A stretch of 64,000 bases of DNA from an uncultured Bacillota bacterium (GTDB lineage: Bacteria > Bacillota_I > Bacilli_A > RFN20 > CAG-288). Position 1 is the stretch's first letter. Each line of letters begins with the position of its first letter. Of the stretch, positions 31,961-43,124 are shown in pieces. The stretch covers positions 36,597 through 100,596 of the forward strand of contig CASDOO010000010.1 in assembly GCA_949282275.1 (NCBI GenBank). The letters are read 5' to 3'. The translations under genes and the position numbers were made by a program. The notes beneath the pieces were generated by a model. It was given only the letters and a program-made list of their open reading frames with translations, did no database searches and had not been told where the DNA came from.

Positions 31961-32941
31961 CTATTGTTTCTCGATGATACGATAGCGTATCTCGTGGCTA
32001 TAGACTTGTCCGGGAACAAGAATCCTATCCTCAAGCGGGAAGCATTGCGGTTCGATGGCAATCGCCCGGCGTCCGTAGGGTTGGCCGTTTTCGAACAGGA
32101 CCGGGGAATTCGTCGTATCGACATAGAGATTGACGCCATCGTAATCGGTATAGCATTCGATTCGTGCCTTGGAGGACTCCAGTAGGACTTTGGGCTGGTC
32201 GTTCTCGATCTGGTCGAAGAGGAAGGCGTGGTCAAGGGTGTCGATTTCCCCTTTCTGCTTTTGGATTCGGTCCAGGGAATCCTTCAGAAGAAGGCCATTC
32301 TTGAAATCGAGGTATTCCGGAACAGGCTTGGAGCCGACAATAAGTCTCGTTCCGTCCTTGAAAACGCCGACGCGGGAAGAATGAACGGTGAGTCGATAGC
32401 CATTTACGTCTTCATCCGAGAAGATGTTCCAGTACATATGATTGCTTATCGAAACAATCGTCTCCTTTGTCGTCGTGGCCTCATGATGAATGATTAATTC
32501 GTTGGTATCTTTCGGGATGAAATAGGAGACCTTTGTCGTCAGCTGACCAGGGAAACCGCATTCCCCGTCCGGAGAGACATAAGTGAATTCGATGCCGATG
32601 GCATTCTCCTTGGAGACAATGATTCCGCTGAAATCGCGATAGGCAAGTCCTTTGTCCCCACCGCCATGGAGGCACAAGCCATCCTCGCCCGAAAGAAGGT
32701 CGTATTCCTTGTGAAGAATGCTTATGCGACCGGGAAGACGGCCGATGACGCGACCGACCGTCTTTCCGAAATACTGCGGAGAGGAGAGGTAGACGTCCTT
32801 GTCCTTCGGCTGAAGGATGAGATTCTTCCCGTGGAGGGAGAGGGAATAGACTCCTGCTCCAACCGTACTGAAAACGGCTCTTAGGCCCTTGTTATTCTCG
32901 ATGGTAAGGAAACCTGAGGAAATCTTGTTTTTCTTAGTCAT
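31961..32941 (-). CDS. Aldose 1-epimerase family protein.
   Basis: Galactose-mutarotase-like fold motifs, 326 aa. Confidence 0.75.
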   Translation of the reverse strand: MTKKNKISSGFLTIENNKGLRAVFSTVGAGVYSLSLHGKNLILQPKDKDVYLSSPQYFGKTVGRVIGRLPGRISILHKEYDLLSGEDGLCLHGGGDKGLAYRDFSGIIVSKENAIGIEFTYVSPDGECGFPGQLTTKVSYFIPKDTNELIIHHEATTTKETIVSISNHMYWNIFSDEDVNGYRLTVHSSRVGVFKDGTRLIVGSKPVPEYLDFKNGLLLKDSLDRIQKQKGEIDTLDHAFLFDQIENDQPKVLLESSKARIECYTDYDGVNLYVDTTNSPVLFENGQPYGRRAIAIEPQCFPLEDRILVPGQVYSHEIRYRIIEKQ

Positions 32942-32980
32942 TTCGTAAGCTAGTCTTATCCAACTGAAAGGCTTGCTTCT

Positions 32981-34000
32981 TTATTTGTTCTCGCCTTCGG
33001 CCGGTGTTTGTTCAGCAGTCGGGGCAGGCGCGGAAGGCTTGAGTTTTCCGTCCTTGAACGCCTTGTAACGGAAATCCAGGTCATCGGCAAAGAAGGACGT
33101 GACGTTCTTCCGGAACTCTTCGGGATTGTTCTTCATGAGTTCCCGGATTCTCTCGGCAGCCTGTCTCTGCTCTTCCGTCCATGCATTGGAAAGCGTCAGC
33201 TTGTTGTTCTCGAAGATGTCCTGGGTAAGGATGACGCCCTGCTTCGCATCATCGTTTCTCTGGAAAAAGGCATAGCGGGTCTGGGTCTCCGGATCGTCAT
33301 AAACGAACTGGCAGGTGAATTCGACCTTGTTGCCATCCTTGTCGTTGAGGCTCACATGGGCCTTGGCATCGCCGGTAAGGACCCTGGCGGCATCGGCGAT
33401 CGTTCTGTAGGAAGGAAGGAGACGATTCATGAGAAGCTCATTGATCATGTCGATCCTGGAGCGGATTTCCTGCGTGTGATTGATGACAAGGCGGAGATGC
33501 TTGGAATCCGGCGTGACGGAGAAGAGATACTGGCCAGGGAAGGAAAGACCGATGCAGGAAACGAAGAAGACCTTGGAGCGGAAGTCATAGTAACGATAGA
33601 CTTCGATCATCGTGACATCCCTTCCGACGGAAGAACGAAGCTTGACTTCGACGCCATTGTTCTCAAGACGGTTCTCGAGGACGATTTCGTATTCGCCAGA
33701 CTCCTCGATTGCTGGAGGAACAAGGCTCATGGTCGGCTTGATATCCCTGTTGAAGTGGGAAGTAAGCCTTGCCGTTTCCTTGATGTTTCTCTCTTCCGTG
33801 ATCTGTCCCTCGGCATCGACATGGAAGATACGGAAGATAAGGTGCGGCATGTCGGAACCCAAGCAGTAAACGGTCTTGCCACCATCGCTCTCGTCCTCGA
33901 TGTGGATAAGGGTCAGCTCGGCGGTCCGGACGAAATGGTTCTCGGCGACGGTTTTGTCGGCGAGCGCCTGAATCCTGGCCATCAATTCGTTGTTGTCCAT
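32981..34000 (-). CDS. Hypothetical protein (339 aa).
   Basis: Long ORF with coding-like composition. I do not recognise a family. Confidence 0.55.
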   Translation of the reverse strand: MDNNELMARIQALADKTVAENHFVRTAELTLIHIEDESDGGKTVYCLGSDMPHLIFRIFHVDAEGQITEERNIKETARLTSHFNRDIKPTMSLVPPAIEESGEYEIVLENRLENNGVEVKLRSSVGRDVTMIEVYRYYDFRSKVFFVSCIGLSFPGQYLFSVTPDSKHLRLVINHTQEIRSRIDMINELLMNRLLPSYRTIADAARVLTGDAKAHVSLNDKDGNKVEFTCQFVYDDPETQTRYAFFQRNDDAKQGVILTQDIFENNKLTLSNAWTEEQRQAAERIRELMKNNPEEFRKNVTSFFADDLDFRYKAFKDGKLKPSAPAPTAEQTPAEGENK

Positions 34001-34069
34001 AATTGTCTCCTTTGAGATAGCATCCTTAATTATAGTTTCTTCGATAAAGTAATTCTACTCTTCGAATCC

Positions 34070-34774
34070 TCAATCGTCGGAAATACGGAAATCGATCGGA
34101 TCCAATTGTTTGGAAAGAAGATAGTCATTGCAGCGGATGAAACAATCCGAGCAGAAGAAGCCCTTGCTTGCAGACAACGGGGAAGGATGGGCCGTATGGA
34201 TGATCTTCGCCTCCTTGCCATGGATAAGGGATGCCTTCTTGAAGGCATAGCTTCCCCAAAGCAGATAGACGATTGGCCGGTCCTTTTTGTCGAGGTATTC
34301 GATAGCCATGTCCGTGATCTTGTCCCACCCATACCGGGAGTGGCTGTTGGCTTCGCCCTTGCGCACGGTAAGCGAGGCATTGAGCAAAAGGACTCCCTGT
34401 TTGGCCCAAGGCGTCAAATCGCCGTTTCTCTTCGGTATCGGATAGTGGAACTCATAGGAGAGCTCCTTGTAGATATTGACCAGGGACGGCGGAAGCGCAA
34501 CGCCCTTTCCAACGGAAAAGGCAAGGCCGTTTGCCTGGTTCGGATTGAAATAGGGATCTTGTCCGATGATGACAACCTTGACATCCTTTTCCGGCGTCAA
34601 GGCAAAGGCACGATAGACGTTTTCCAACGGGGGATAGACAGTCTCCTCGCTCGCCTCGCGACTGACTTTTTCAACCACGGAAAGGAAACCTTCGCTGTCC
34701 TTGATGCCTTCGAAGAAATCCTTCCAGCCTTCCGGGAAGGAGGTCAGCTTCGCCCTATTCTCCTCGTAGCTCAT
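34070..34774 (-). CDS. ung: Uracil-DNA glycosylase.
   Basis: GQDPYF water-activating loop, …LLLNASLTV…, and a C-terminal HPSPLSA motif. Confidence 0.9.
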   Translation of the reverse strand: MSYEENRAKLTSFPEGWKDFFEGIKDSEGFLSVVEKVSREASEETVYPPLENVYRAFALTPEKDVKVVIIGQDPYFNPNQANGLAFSVGKGVALPPSLVNIYKELSYEFHYPIPKRNGDLTPWAKQGVLLLNASLTVRKGEANSHSRYGWDKITDMAIEYLDKKDRPIVYLLWGSYAFKKASLIHGKEAKIIHTAHPSPLSASKGFFCSDCFIRCNDYLLSKQLDPIDFRISDD

Positions 34775-35024
34775 TTTCCTCTTTCTCCTTTGCTTCCTTC
34801 TTCTTTTTGAGGAATGTCTTCAAATCATAGACAAAGGAATACGTCAAAAAACCGCACGCCAGGACGGAAAGCACGACGAGCACGATTCCCGTGACGGACC
34901 ATTCCAGGAAATGGGCCATCGTGATAGAGGCAGCAAAAAGAAGATAGGCAAGAACGACGCAAAGAAGAATCATATGTTCCTTGAGTTTGTATTTCATAAA
35001 TCCTCCTTGAAAAATGACCTGCAC
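34755..35024 (-). CDS. Small membrane protein (2 TM). Hypothetical.
   Basis: Hydrophobic 89-aa ORF overlapping the ung start. Confidence 0.4.
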   Translation of the reverse strand: MQVIFQGGFMKYKLKEHMILLCVVLAYLLFAASITMAHFLEWSVTGIVLVVLSVLACGFLTYSFVYDLKTFLKKKKEAKEKEENELRGE

Positions 35025-35063
35025 TTTATTCTACAGGTCATAAGTCGGCTCATTTTATCATCG

Positions 35064-35291
35064 TTATCGATGCGAAAACCAATTATCTTGGATGAAATCC
35101 AATGTCTCATCAAGATTCTCTTCTTCCATTGCCGCAACGGCGAACATATAGGAAGGCATCGACAGCGCCATCTTGGGGTCGAAATCGATCGTGTCGCCGC
35201 ATTTTGCCGAACCTTTCGAAATGAAATACCTATTGTCAGCAAGAAGAAGAAGCTTCTCCCCCTTTGTCATAAGCACAGTGCCTTTGATCAT
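35064..35291 (-). CDS. Small hypothetical protein (~75 aa).
   Basis: A strong GAGGAG RBS 9 nt upstream of the internal Met (MIKGTVL…); the longer ORF-track version is less likely. Confidence 0.4.
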   Translation of the reverse strand: MIKGTVLMTKGEKLLLLADNRYFISKGSAKCGDTIDFDPKMALSMPSYMFAVAAMEEENLDETLDFIQDNWFSHR

Positions 35292-35470
35292 AGCTGTTTC
35301 TCCTCGTGTCTCCATTATACATTGCCAAACGATAGCAAGCAAAACGCGCTTCAAAGGACTTGCAAATGAAAAGGTAACCCCTTTTATGCGGAAAACCTAT
35401 TACTTTTAGAGTATGTTAGCTTATATTATTACATAGTTCTATTAATGATTCTTGAGATAAGGAGTCCTGC

Positions 35471-36031
35471 ATGGCAAACAAACTTTGCATTGTGTTTCCT
35501 GGGCGTCGCTACAGTGCCGATCGCTCATTGCTATATTTCCCGTCGAGAATGCTGGAGGCCCGAGGCTTTGAAGTCATCAACCTCCACTACGACATTCCGC
35601 GCGAGGTCGCCGAGACAGAACCGCTCGAAAAGAACATTCGCGATGCCGCGAGTTTCGCACTCAACCACACCGACCACATCGATTGGAAGAAATACGACCA
35701 GATCATATTCATTTCCAAGTCCATCGGCACCGTCGTCTCTGCCAACATCAAGAAGTTCATAGGCGAATATGGAGAAAGGGTCCATCAGATCCTTCTCACG
35801 CCATTGGAAGAGACGCTGCCCTTCATCGACAAGAAGGATCTCGTCATCGTTGGCGAGCATGATCGCTTCCTCACCGATCCCAAAAAGAAGCTTGCCCAGT
35901 TCCCTAACGCCTATATTTTCCCTTCCTTCACGCATTCCCTGGAATCCAAGACCAATTTCCGCCTCAGCCTAAAGACCCTTTCCGACGTCTGTGGCATCAT
36001 CGACACCTATCTGGACAGCATAGGAGCATAA
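35471..36031 (+). CDS. Putative alpha/beta-fold hydrolase-like protein.
   Basis: 186 aa with a serine-nucleophile-like FISKSIG segment. Confidence 0.45.
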   Translation: MANKLCIVFPGRRYSADRSLLYFPSRMLEARGFEVINLHYDIPREVAETEPLEKNIRDAASFALNHTDHIDWKKYDQIIFISKSIGTVVSANIKKFIGEYGERVHQILLTPLEETLPFIDKKDLVIVGEHDRFLTDPKKKLAQFPNAYIFPSFTHSLESKTNFRLSLKTLSDVCGIIDTYLDSIGA

Positions 36032-36035
36032 GGAA

Positions 36036-36743
36036 ATGGCAAACAAACCGAATTCGTCCCATGACCTTGGCCAAAACACGCTGGAGATCCAGAAAATCGA
36101 GGCCACCGTCGATAGCGCATATTATTTCCGAAAAAAGCCCATTTATGCCTTCGTCAAGCGTTTCCTGGACATTCTCGTCTCTGGGCTTTTCCTCCTTGTC
36201 TTCTGCTGGCTCTACCTGATTCTCGCCATTCTCGTCAAATGCACGTCCAAGGGACCTGTCTTTTATCGCCATCGTCGCATCGGCAAGAATGGCAAGCCTT
36301 TCAACATGTACAAGTTCCGCACGATGAAGGACGACAAGAGACCGATTGAGGAGCAGTTGACACCAGAACAGCTCAAGCAGTTCTACACCGAGTTCAAGGT
36401 CGACAACGATCCCCGTGTCACCAAGATCGGCAAATTCCTGCGAAAGACGTCCTTGGACGAGCTTCCCCAGGTTTTGAACGTCTTCCTTGGAAACATGTCC
36501 GTCGTCGGGCCGCGGCCCATCATCGATATCGAGACAGACAAGTATGGTTTGACACGCAAGGTCCTTCTTTCCGTAAGACCGGGCATCACCTCCTATTGGG
36601 CATGCCACGGAAGAAGCGATGTCGACTACACGGAGCGAATCAACATGGAGCTTTACTATATCAAGCACCGTTCCCTGTGGTTCGACACCAAGATCTTTTT
36701 CCGGACGATACTGAAGGTCTTCCAAAACGAGGGAGCCAAATAA
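36036..36743 (+). CDS. Undecaprenyl-phosphate sugar phosphotransferase (bacterial sugar transferase, WbaP/EpsL-like short form).
   Basis: …KFRTM…SLDELPQVLNVFLGNMSVVGPRP… (PF02397 signature). Confidence 0.85.
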   Translation: MANKPNSSHDLGQNTLEIQKIEATVDSAYYFRKKPIYAFVKRFLDILVSGLFLLVFCWLYLILAILVKCTSKGPVFYRHRRIGKNGKPFNMYKFRTMKDDKRPIEEQLTPEQLKQFYTEFKVDNDPRVTKIGKFLRKTSLDELPQVLNVFLGNMSVVGPRPIIDIETDKYGLTRKVLLSVRPGITSYWACHGRSDVDYTERINMELYYIKHRSLWFDTKIFFRTILKVFQNEGAK

Positions 36744-36746
36744 GAG

Positions 36747-38192
36747 ATGATCGTTTTCGAAAACGGACGCGAACGTAAGAACAGGGAAATCCTCGACTGT
36801 TTCGTCTTTGCCGTTCTTACCCTTATGCTTCCTCTTTTCAGCATCGGAAAGTTCATCGAATCCGAGAATCCGGACCTTCCTTTCGGAATCGATCCCTTCC
36901 AGCCGACGAACCTTCCCATCATCATCCCCATTGTTGTCGTCTTCCTTCTTCTTGCCTTCTTCTTCATTTGGCGACGGACTCCCTATCTTGAAAGGACGAA
37001 GAAAAGAAACTTTGTCCTTATCCTTTTCGCCATCTTCTTTTTCAGCTGCCTTTCCGGGACCCTGCTCTTTCCAAAAGGAGAAACGGATTTCACGTTCACT
37101 TCCGACATCTATGGGATGACGGCAACCGTTTCCTACGACTACCCGATGACAGTCCGCATCATTTCCCTGATCGAGGATTTCTGCTTCGGTTTCTATTTCG
37201 TCCTTCTTTTCGGATACACCGATACCCTCGGAAAGAAGTTCACGATTCTCGTCGACATTGCCCTTTTCTGTCTCATCGTCATCGCCTTTCTTGCCTTTGC
37301 CTATTCCATGGTCATGGAAAGGGACATTGTCATCAACAATTTCTATGCCCTCCTCGAAAAGGAAGGCTATAGCATGAGGGCCTTGGAAAGCTTCACGGGA
37401 CATAAGAATACCTATGGCTTTCTGATGACCCTGTCCTGCTTTGCCTGCTTCATCTTCTTTGCCAGGAAACCCAATCCCGTCCTCCCGCTTGTCGTTCTCT
37501 TCTGTTTCTTCAACACCCTTCTCTGCGGTAGCAGGACCGCCATCTATCTCTGCTCCGCCGGCATCATCGCCTATTGCATCCTCTTCCCCTTCATTGCCTT
37601 CCGCACGAACAGGATTTCCTCTTTCTTCTTCATCGCGATCGATGTGGCGCTTTTGGCTTTCCTCGTCTATGCCTTCACCCGTCCGGAAGGCCATCCCATC
37701 CACGTGTTCTTCGACGGATTCCTGGAAAACATGACGGATCTCGTAACCATCAACATGCGCATGGAACATTGGGAAACGGCACTGGCAATGATGAACAACG
37801 GCTTCTTCCAGCTTTTCGGCTATGGGAAGTTCCCCTTCCTCAATCTCTATCATCAATTCGAGATTGCCATCGGTGGGGAATATTCCGTCGTCACGAGCCA
37901 CAACGGCTTCCTTCAGCCCTATCTCGAGTTTGGCCTTATCGGTGCCGTATGCACCCTCCTGCTTACGCTTTATATCGCCTACATGGTCCTTCGCCTTCTT
38001 ATCGGCCAGAAGAACCAGAAAATCGCCTTTTCCCACCTCCTTGTTTCCGTATTGACGCTTATCCATTGCTATATCGAACCGCGTTTCTTCCTGATGAACG
38101 AGGGCTCCAATATCCTTCTCATGTTTGCCTGCCTCTTTCCCTTGATGCGGGAATATCGCGATTCGATACTCAAGCCAAGGCATTGCTGCTGA
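36747..38192 (+). CDS. O-antigen ligase/polymerase family membrane protein (Wzy_C).
   Basis: About 11 TM segments and an …[11 protein letters not shown]… Wzy_C-type motif. Immediately downstream of the sugar transferase. Confidence 0.65.
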   Translation: MIVFENGRERKNREILDCFVFAVLTLMLPLFSIGKFIESENPDLPFGIDPFQPTNLPIIIPIVVVFLLLAFFFIWRRTPYLERTKKRNFVLILFAIFFFSCLSGTLLFPKGETDFTFTSDIYGMTATVSYDYPMTVRIISLIEDFCFGFYFVLLFGYTDTLGKKFTILVDIALFCLIVIAFLAFAYSMVMERDIVINNFYALLEKEGYSMRALESFTGHKNTYGFLMTLSCFACFIFFARKPNPVLPLVVLFCFFNTLLCGSRTAIYLCSAGIIAYCILFPFIAFRTNRISSFFFIAIDVALLAFLVYAFTRPEGHPIHVFFDGFLENMTDLVTINMRMEHWETALAMMNNGFFQLFGYGKFPFLNLYHQFEIAIGGEYSVVTSHNGFLQPYLEFGLIGAVCTLLLTLYIAYMVLRLLIGQKNQKIAFSHLLVSVLTLIHCYIEPRFFLMNEGSNILLMFACLFPLMREYRDSILKPRHCC

Positions 38193-38217
38193 CCATCACG
38201 AACAGGGGAAAAGAAAA

Positions 38218-38808
38218 ATGTATCAAGAACTTCAGAAAGGCTGGATAGAAGTCATCACGGGGCCGATGTTCGCCGGAAAGAGCGAGGAGCTGATCCGTCG
38301 TCTTCGTACCCTTTCCTACGCCCATAAGAAAATCGTCTCCTTCAAGCCGGCAATCGACGATCGCTATGACAAGACCAAGATCGCCAGTCACGATGGCGGA
38401 ATGTTCGAAGCCTACGCCATCAAGAAAGCCAAGGATGTCTACGAATTCCTGGAAGAAGACACGGAAGTCGTCGCCATCGACGAAGTCCAGTTCTTCGGCG
38501 TGGAAGTCGTTGACGTCATCGAAAGCCTGGCGGACAAGGGCGTCCGCGTCATCTGCGCCGGACTCGATCTCGACTTCCGGGGAGAGCCTTTCGGACCGAT
38601 GCCCATACTTCTTAGCAAGGCCGAGTTCGTCACGAAGCTTTCCGCCGCCTGCACGATCTGCGGATGCGCGGCGACAAGGACGCAAAGGCTTATCGACGGA
38701 AAGCCGGCAAACTACGACGATCCTGTCATCCTGGTCGGAGCGAAGGAATCCTACCAGGCGCGCTGCCGGAAGCATCATTGCGTTCCCAACAAGCCCATGA
38801 GGAAATGA
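38218..38808 (+). CDS. tdk: Thymidine kinase.
   Basis: P-loop [12 protein letters not shown] and a C-terminal zinc ribbon (CTICGCAA…CRKHH). Confidence 0.9.
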   Translation: MYQELQKGWIEVITGPMFAGKSEELIRRLRTLSYAHKKIVSFKPAIDDRYDKTKIASHDGGMFEAYAIKKAKDVYEFLEEDTEVVAIDEVQFFGVEVVDVIESLADKGVRVICAGLDLDFRGEPFGPMPILLSKAEFVTKLSAACTICGCAATRTQRLIDGKPANYDDPVILVGAKESYQARCRKHHCVPNKPMRK

Positions 38809-41567
38809 AAATGCTTGGATTCCAGAAAAAGAAAACCGTGGAACAGGAAGCCGAGGACAAGCTCCTCGAGCAAAGGAAAGGACAGGCCCTCACCGAGGAA
38901 ACGGAAAAGGAAGACGCCGTGCCGAAAAAGAAAAGTCCTTTTTCCTTTGGAAAGAAGAAAAAGGAAGAGAAGCCGATGGCGATTCCCGATGACCTCGAAC
39001 GGTTCCATCCGAAGACATCGGACGGCCTGAGTTCCGCCCAGGTCGGAAAAAGGATGGAACAAGGCTATCAGAACATCGCAAAGAACGTCTCCGAAAAGTC
39101 CGTCCTCAAGATCATCGGAACCAATGTCTTCACCTTCTTCAACATGCTCCTTCTTGCCATCGCCATCGCCTTGATCATCTTCGGCCGTTTCACCTCGACG
39201 TATTTCCTGCTTGTCGCGATCGTCAACACCATCATCGGCATCGTCCAGGAAATCAAGGCCAAGAACACCATCGACAAGCTTCGCCTCGTCACGTCCCAAT
39301 CCGTTCGCGTGCGCCGCGACAGGAAAACCTATACCATCCCCACGGAAGAACTCGTCCTGGATGACATCTATTATCTTTCCAACGGCGATCAGATCCCGAC
39401 GGATTCCATCGTTTTGGAAGGAATGATCGAAGTCAACGAATCCCTTCTCACGGGTGAGTCCCTCCCCATCAAGAAAGAAGTCGGCGACAAGATCTTTGCC
39501 GGTTCCTTCGTCGTCTCGGGATCCTGTACGGTCCGGGCCGAGGAAATCGGCGACTACAACTACGCTTCCGGAATCCAAGCCAAGGCGAAACAATATTCCA
39601 AGCCGAAATCCGAGCTTCTCCGCTCCCTCAATCTCCTCATCAAGGTCATCTCGATCATCATCGTCCCGCTTGGCATCGGAACCTTCTGCACCCAATGGCT
39701 TCAGGCGTCCCAGTCGGGGAACTTCGCCAACAATTGGGAAATCGCCTCCGAGGCGATGAGATATACGGCGGGAAGCGTCGTCGGCATGATTCCTTCCGGC
39801 ATGTATCTTCTGACTTCCGTTGCCCTGGCAGCCGGCGTCATCAACCTCGCCAAGAAGAAAACACTGGTCCAGGATCTCTACTGCATCGAGATGCTGGCTC
39901 GCGTCAATGTCCTTTGCCTGGACAAGACGGGAACCCTGACCGATGGCACGATGAAGGTCGATGAGGTCCTCGTCGTCGATTCCAACGTCGAGCTCTACAA
40001 GCTGATGGGATCGTATCTCAATGCCTTCAAGGAATCCAACCAGACGTCGATTGCCCTTTCCCAGCGCTATCCTTTGCGCAACGACTACAAGGTCAAGAAC
40101 AGCATTCCCTTCTCCTCGGTAAGGAAGTTCTCGGCCGTCAGCCTCTATGACATGGGGACCTATGTCCTTGGCGCACCGGAATACGTCTACACCCGCAACA
40201 GGGATCGGACCATCGTCAAATACATTTCCGAAAAGCAGGCCAGTGGCTATCGCGTCGTCATGCTCTGCCGCTGCGAACGGGACATCGAAAACAACGACAT
40301 CAAGGGAAGAATGTCTCCTGTCGCCATCTTCACCTTGGAAGACCATATCCGGGCCGAGGCTCCGGATACGATAAAGTGGTTCACCGAAAATGGTGTCCAA
40401 ATCAAGATCATTTCCGGCGACAATCCGTTGACAGCTTCCGAAATCGCCAAGAAATGCAACGTTCCCAACGCCGAAAAATGCGTCTCCCTTGAAGGCCTTT
40501 CCCTGCGTGAGGTCGCCGAGATCGTCGATCAGTACACGGTCTTTGGCCGTGTCTCCCCGGAACAAAAGGCGGCCATCATCAAGGAACTCAAGAACAGGAA
40601 GAACAGCGTCGGCATGACGGGCGATGGCGTCAACGACATTCTCGCCATGAAGAATTCCGATTGTTCCATCGCCATGGCAAACGGCGCCTCCGCCGCCAGG
40701 AATGCCGCCCATCTCGTCCTCCTGGATTCCAACTTTGCCTCCATGCCTGCCGTCGTGGAAGAAGGCCGACGCGTCATCAACAACATCCAGCGTTCCTCTT
40801 CCCTCTTCCTGATGAAGACCATCTTCACCATCGCCTTCACCGTCATCGTCCTCCTTACTTTCCTCAACGGCGGACATGGCATCAAGTATCCCTTCGAGAC
40901 CAACAACATCATGGTCATGGAAATCGTCGGCATCGGCGTGCCGTCATTCTTCCTTGCCCTTCAGAAGAACAACCAACTGATAACCGGCCACTTCCTGAGG
41001 AATACCTTCTCCAGGGCCATACCGGCGGCATTGATCCTCATCATGGCCATCGGTCTCAACTATATTCTCTATATCCAGGCAGAGGATTTCCTCGAACCGG
41101 TAAAGGGCATCGAGGAAAAGAGCTTCGTCACCTTCTGCTCGCTGACGATGTCCGTCATTTCCCTTGCCATGGTCTTCAATTGCTGCTCGCCATTCAATCT
41201 CTACCGGACCTGTCTCTACATCGGCGTCCTTGTCCTCTTCTGCATCATGGTCTTTGCCCTTCCCTATATCCCGGCCGTGTCAGACAATCCGGAATCCAGC
41301 AATCTTTCCATCCAGCTCACCGGCATCGACTTCCGCGACATGAGCAAGACGATGTGGCTCATGCTTGTCATCTACGGAACGACCTCGACAGGTCTCCTCA
41401 ACGTCCTTCTCAAGCTCTTCGCCATCCTCTTGAACAAGCCCTTGTTGCCAAAGCTCATGGGCGAGAAGAAAGAGGAGGAAACAAAGGAAAATAGCGAACA
41501 GCAGCGGAATACACTCACCATGCCGGCAATCCAGGAAGCCTCGTCGGAAGAGCCCGGGCAGCATTGA
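38805..41567 (+). CDS. Cation-translocating P-type ATPase (E1-E2, type II-like).
   Basis: DKTGTLT phosphorylation site, [11 protein letters not shown], and about 10 TM segments. The start overlaps the tdk stop (ATGA). Confidence 0.9.
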   Translation: MKMLGFQKKKTVEQEAEDKLLEQRKGQALTEETEKEDAVPKKKSPFSFGKKKKEEKPMAIPDDLERFHPKTSDGLSSAQVGKRMEQGYQNIAKNVSEKSVLKIIGTNVFTFFNMLLLAIAIALIIFGRFTSTYFLLVAIVNTIIGIVQEIKAKNTIDKLRLVTSQSVRVRRDRKTYTIPTEELVLDDIYYLSNGDQIPTDSIVLEGMIEVNESLLTGESLPIKKEVGDKIFAGSFVVSGSCTVRAEEIGDYNYASGIQAKAKQYSKPKSELLRSLNLLIKVISIIIVPLGIGTFCTQWLQASQSGNFANNWEIASEAMRYTAGSVVGMIPSGMYLLTSVALAAGVINLAKKKTLVQDLYCIEMLARVNVLCLDKTGTLTDGTMKVDEVLVVDSNVELYKLMGSYLNAFKESNQTSIALSQRYPLRNDYKVKNSIPFSSVRKFSAVSLYDMGTYVLGAPEYVYTRNRDRTIVKYISEKQASGYRVVMLCRCERDIENNDIKGRMSPVAIFTLEDHIRAEAPDTIKWFTENGVQIKIISGDNPLTASEIAKKCNVPNAEKCVSLEGLSLREVAEIVDQYTVFGRVSPEQKAAIIKELKNRKNSVGMTGDGVNDILAMKNSDCSIAMANGASAARNAAHLVLLDSNFASMPAVVEEGRRVINNIQRSSSLFLMKTIFTIAFTVIVLLTFLNGGHGIKYPFETNNIMVMEIVGIGVPSFFLALQKNNQLITGHFLRNTFSRAIPAALILIMAIGLNYILYIQAEDFLEPVKGIEEKSFVTFCSLTMSVISLAMVFNCCSPFNLYRTCLYIGVLVLFCIMVFALPYIPAVSDNPESSNLSIQLTGIDFRDMSKTMWLMLVIYGTTSTGLLNVLLKLFAILLNKPLLPKLMGEKKEEETKENSEQQRNTLTMPAIQEASSEEPGQH

Positions 41568-41697
41568 TTGCCGAAGTCTTCTCGATGAAAGAAGAGCGGC
41601 AAGCGAATACCCGACCTTTTCGTTTTTGATTCGGTTGAAGCACGCCTAACGTTCTTTGCTTGTCCTTTTGTCCCGTGACTTTCTTTTGGACAGGGAT

Positions 41698-41738
41698 ACA
41701 AAAACTCCGGCCCTCATAACGAAGACCGGAGTCTTTTC
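41698..41738. terminator. Bidirectional terminator between the P-type ATPase (+) and ferritin (-) genes.
   Basis: ACTCCGG…CCGGAGT hairpin flanked by AAAA on one side and CTTTTC on the other. Confidence 0.5.
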
Positions 41739-41749
41739 AATCGTGATGT

Positions 41750-42250
41750 CTACTTTCTTTCGCCGAATTCCCTGTCCAACTTGTAGAGGACAGAAAGATC
41801 CTTCCCGTAGAGATCGAACTTCTCGAGCAATTCATGGGAATGGCCTTCCTCTTCCGTCTGCTCATCGACGAACCACTTGAGGAAGCTCTGGGAACGATAG
41901 TCCTTGTCGGCGATAGCCTGGTCCATCAGCTTGTAGATGAGGGACGTGACAAGCTCCTCGTGCTTGACCTGAAGGACAAGTCCGTCACGGAGTTCCTTGA
42001 GCGTTCTCTTGGGTGCCGCAATATCCTTGAGGACAACCTTGACGCCATTCTCGCGGAGATAGTCGATGATCTTCTTGGCGTGCTCGAGCTCTTCCTCGGC
42101 CTGCTTGTCGAACCACTTCGAGAAACCGACAAGCTTTTCCTCGAAATAGAAGTTCGCAATGTCCTGATAGAGATAGGCGCTTTCGATTTCGGCCCGGATT
42201 TGATCGTTGAGAAGTGTGGCGAGTTTCTTTGTGATTGTAGCCATTTTCAA
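41750..42250 (-). CDS. ftn: Ferritin (non-heme Ftn-like).
   Basis: Ferritin-like diiron motifs (…EELEHAKK…). Confidence 0.85.
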   Translation of the reverse strand: MKMATITKKLATLLNDQIRAEIESAYLYQDIANFYFEEKLVGFSKWFDKQAEEELEHAKKIIDYLRENGVKVVLKDIAAPKRTLKELRDGLVLQVKHEELVTSLIYKLMDQAIADKDYRSQSFLKWFVDEQTEEEGHSHELLEKFDLYGKDLSVLYKLDREFGERK

Positions 42251-42309
42251 TTACCTCGTTTCGAAAACATTATAGAAGAACAAAAAGCAAAACAGAAAGA
42301 AGATGCATT

Positions 42310-42347
42310 GAAAAAAGGCTGCTCGGAAGCATTGCGTTCCGAACAGC
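42310..42347 (-). terminator. Rho-independent terminator after tpiA.
   Basis: On the minus strand GCTGTTCGGAA-CGCAATG-CTTCCGAGCAGC followed by TTTTTT. Confidence 0.6.
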
Positions 42348-42356
42348 CCAAGTCTT

Positions 42357-43118
42357 CTAGATGTTTTCGAGAAGTTCCTTGAAGGATTCGCTCTTCAGGG
42401 AAGCGCCACCGACAAGGGCGCCATCAACATCAGGCTGAAGGAGATAGTCGTGGATGTTGTTGGGCTTGACCGATCCACCATAGAGGATGAGGATCTTGCT
42501 TGCCGTGACTTTTCCGTAGAGTTCTTCGAGAAGGCTGCGGATATATCCACAGACATCCTCGGCAATCTCGGCGGAAGCGTTCTTTCCGGTTCCGATGGAC
42601 CAAACCGGCTCATAGGCAATGACGACCTTGCCGATATCTTCCTTGGAAACGTTCATGAGGCCGACAAGGATCTGTTCCTTGACGACATCCTTGGTAAGAC
42701 CCTGTTCATATTCCTTGAGGGTCTCGCCAACGCAATAGATGGCATGGAAGTCATGCTTGAGAAGCGTATGGATCTTGCGGTTGCAGACGAAGGAAGTATC
42801 GCTGTCGTAGGTCCTTCTCTCGGAATGGCCGATGATGGACCAGTTGACACCGATTTCCTCGAGCATGCCACAGGAAACCGAAGACGTAAAGGCTCCGCTT
42901 TCCTCATAGTGGCAGTCCTGGCTGGCGACAATTAGGCCATGGGCATGTCTCTTGACCTGATGGAGGGAGAGGAAGCTCGGGGCAACGCCAAGGATGACGC
43001 CCTTGGAACGGGCAATCTTGAGCAAGGAATCGTTCTTCACATCCTCGCAGAAGCGGACGGCTTCCGCAATGGTGTGATTCATCTTCCAGTTGCCCATCAA
43101 GAATTTTTTGCGGGCCAT
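42357..43118 (-). CDS. tpiA: Triosephosphate isomerase.
   Basis: MARKKFLMGNWKMN…. Confidence 0.95.
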   Translation of the reverse strand: MARKKFLMGNWKMNHTIAEAVRFCEDVKNDSLLKIARSKGVILGVAPSFLSLHQVKRHAHGLIVASQDCHYEESGAFTSSVSCGMLEEIGVNWSIIGHSERRTYDSDTSFVCNRKIHTLLKHDFHAIYCVGETLKEYEQGLTKDVVKEQILVGLMNVSKEDIGKVVIAYEPVWSIGTGKNASAEIAEDVCGYIRSLLEELYGKVTASKILILYGGSVKPNNIHDYLLQPDVDGALVGGASLKSESFKELLENI

Positions 43119-43124
43119 GCTTGA

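Noticed and set aside
34040-34070. tRNA T-loop-like string (TCTTCGAATCCTC).
   Set aside because: No acceptor or anticodon stems, and it lacks the GG of GGTTCGAATCC. It is part of a promoter/leader region.
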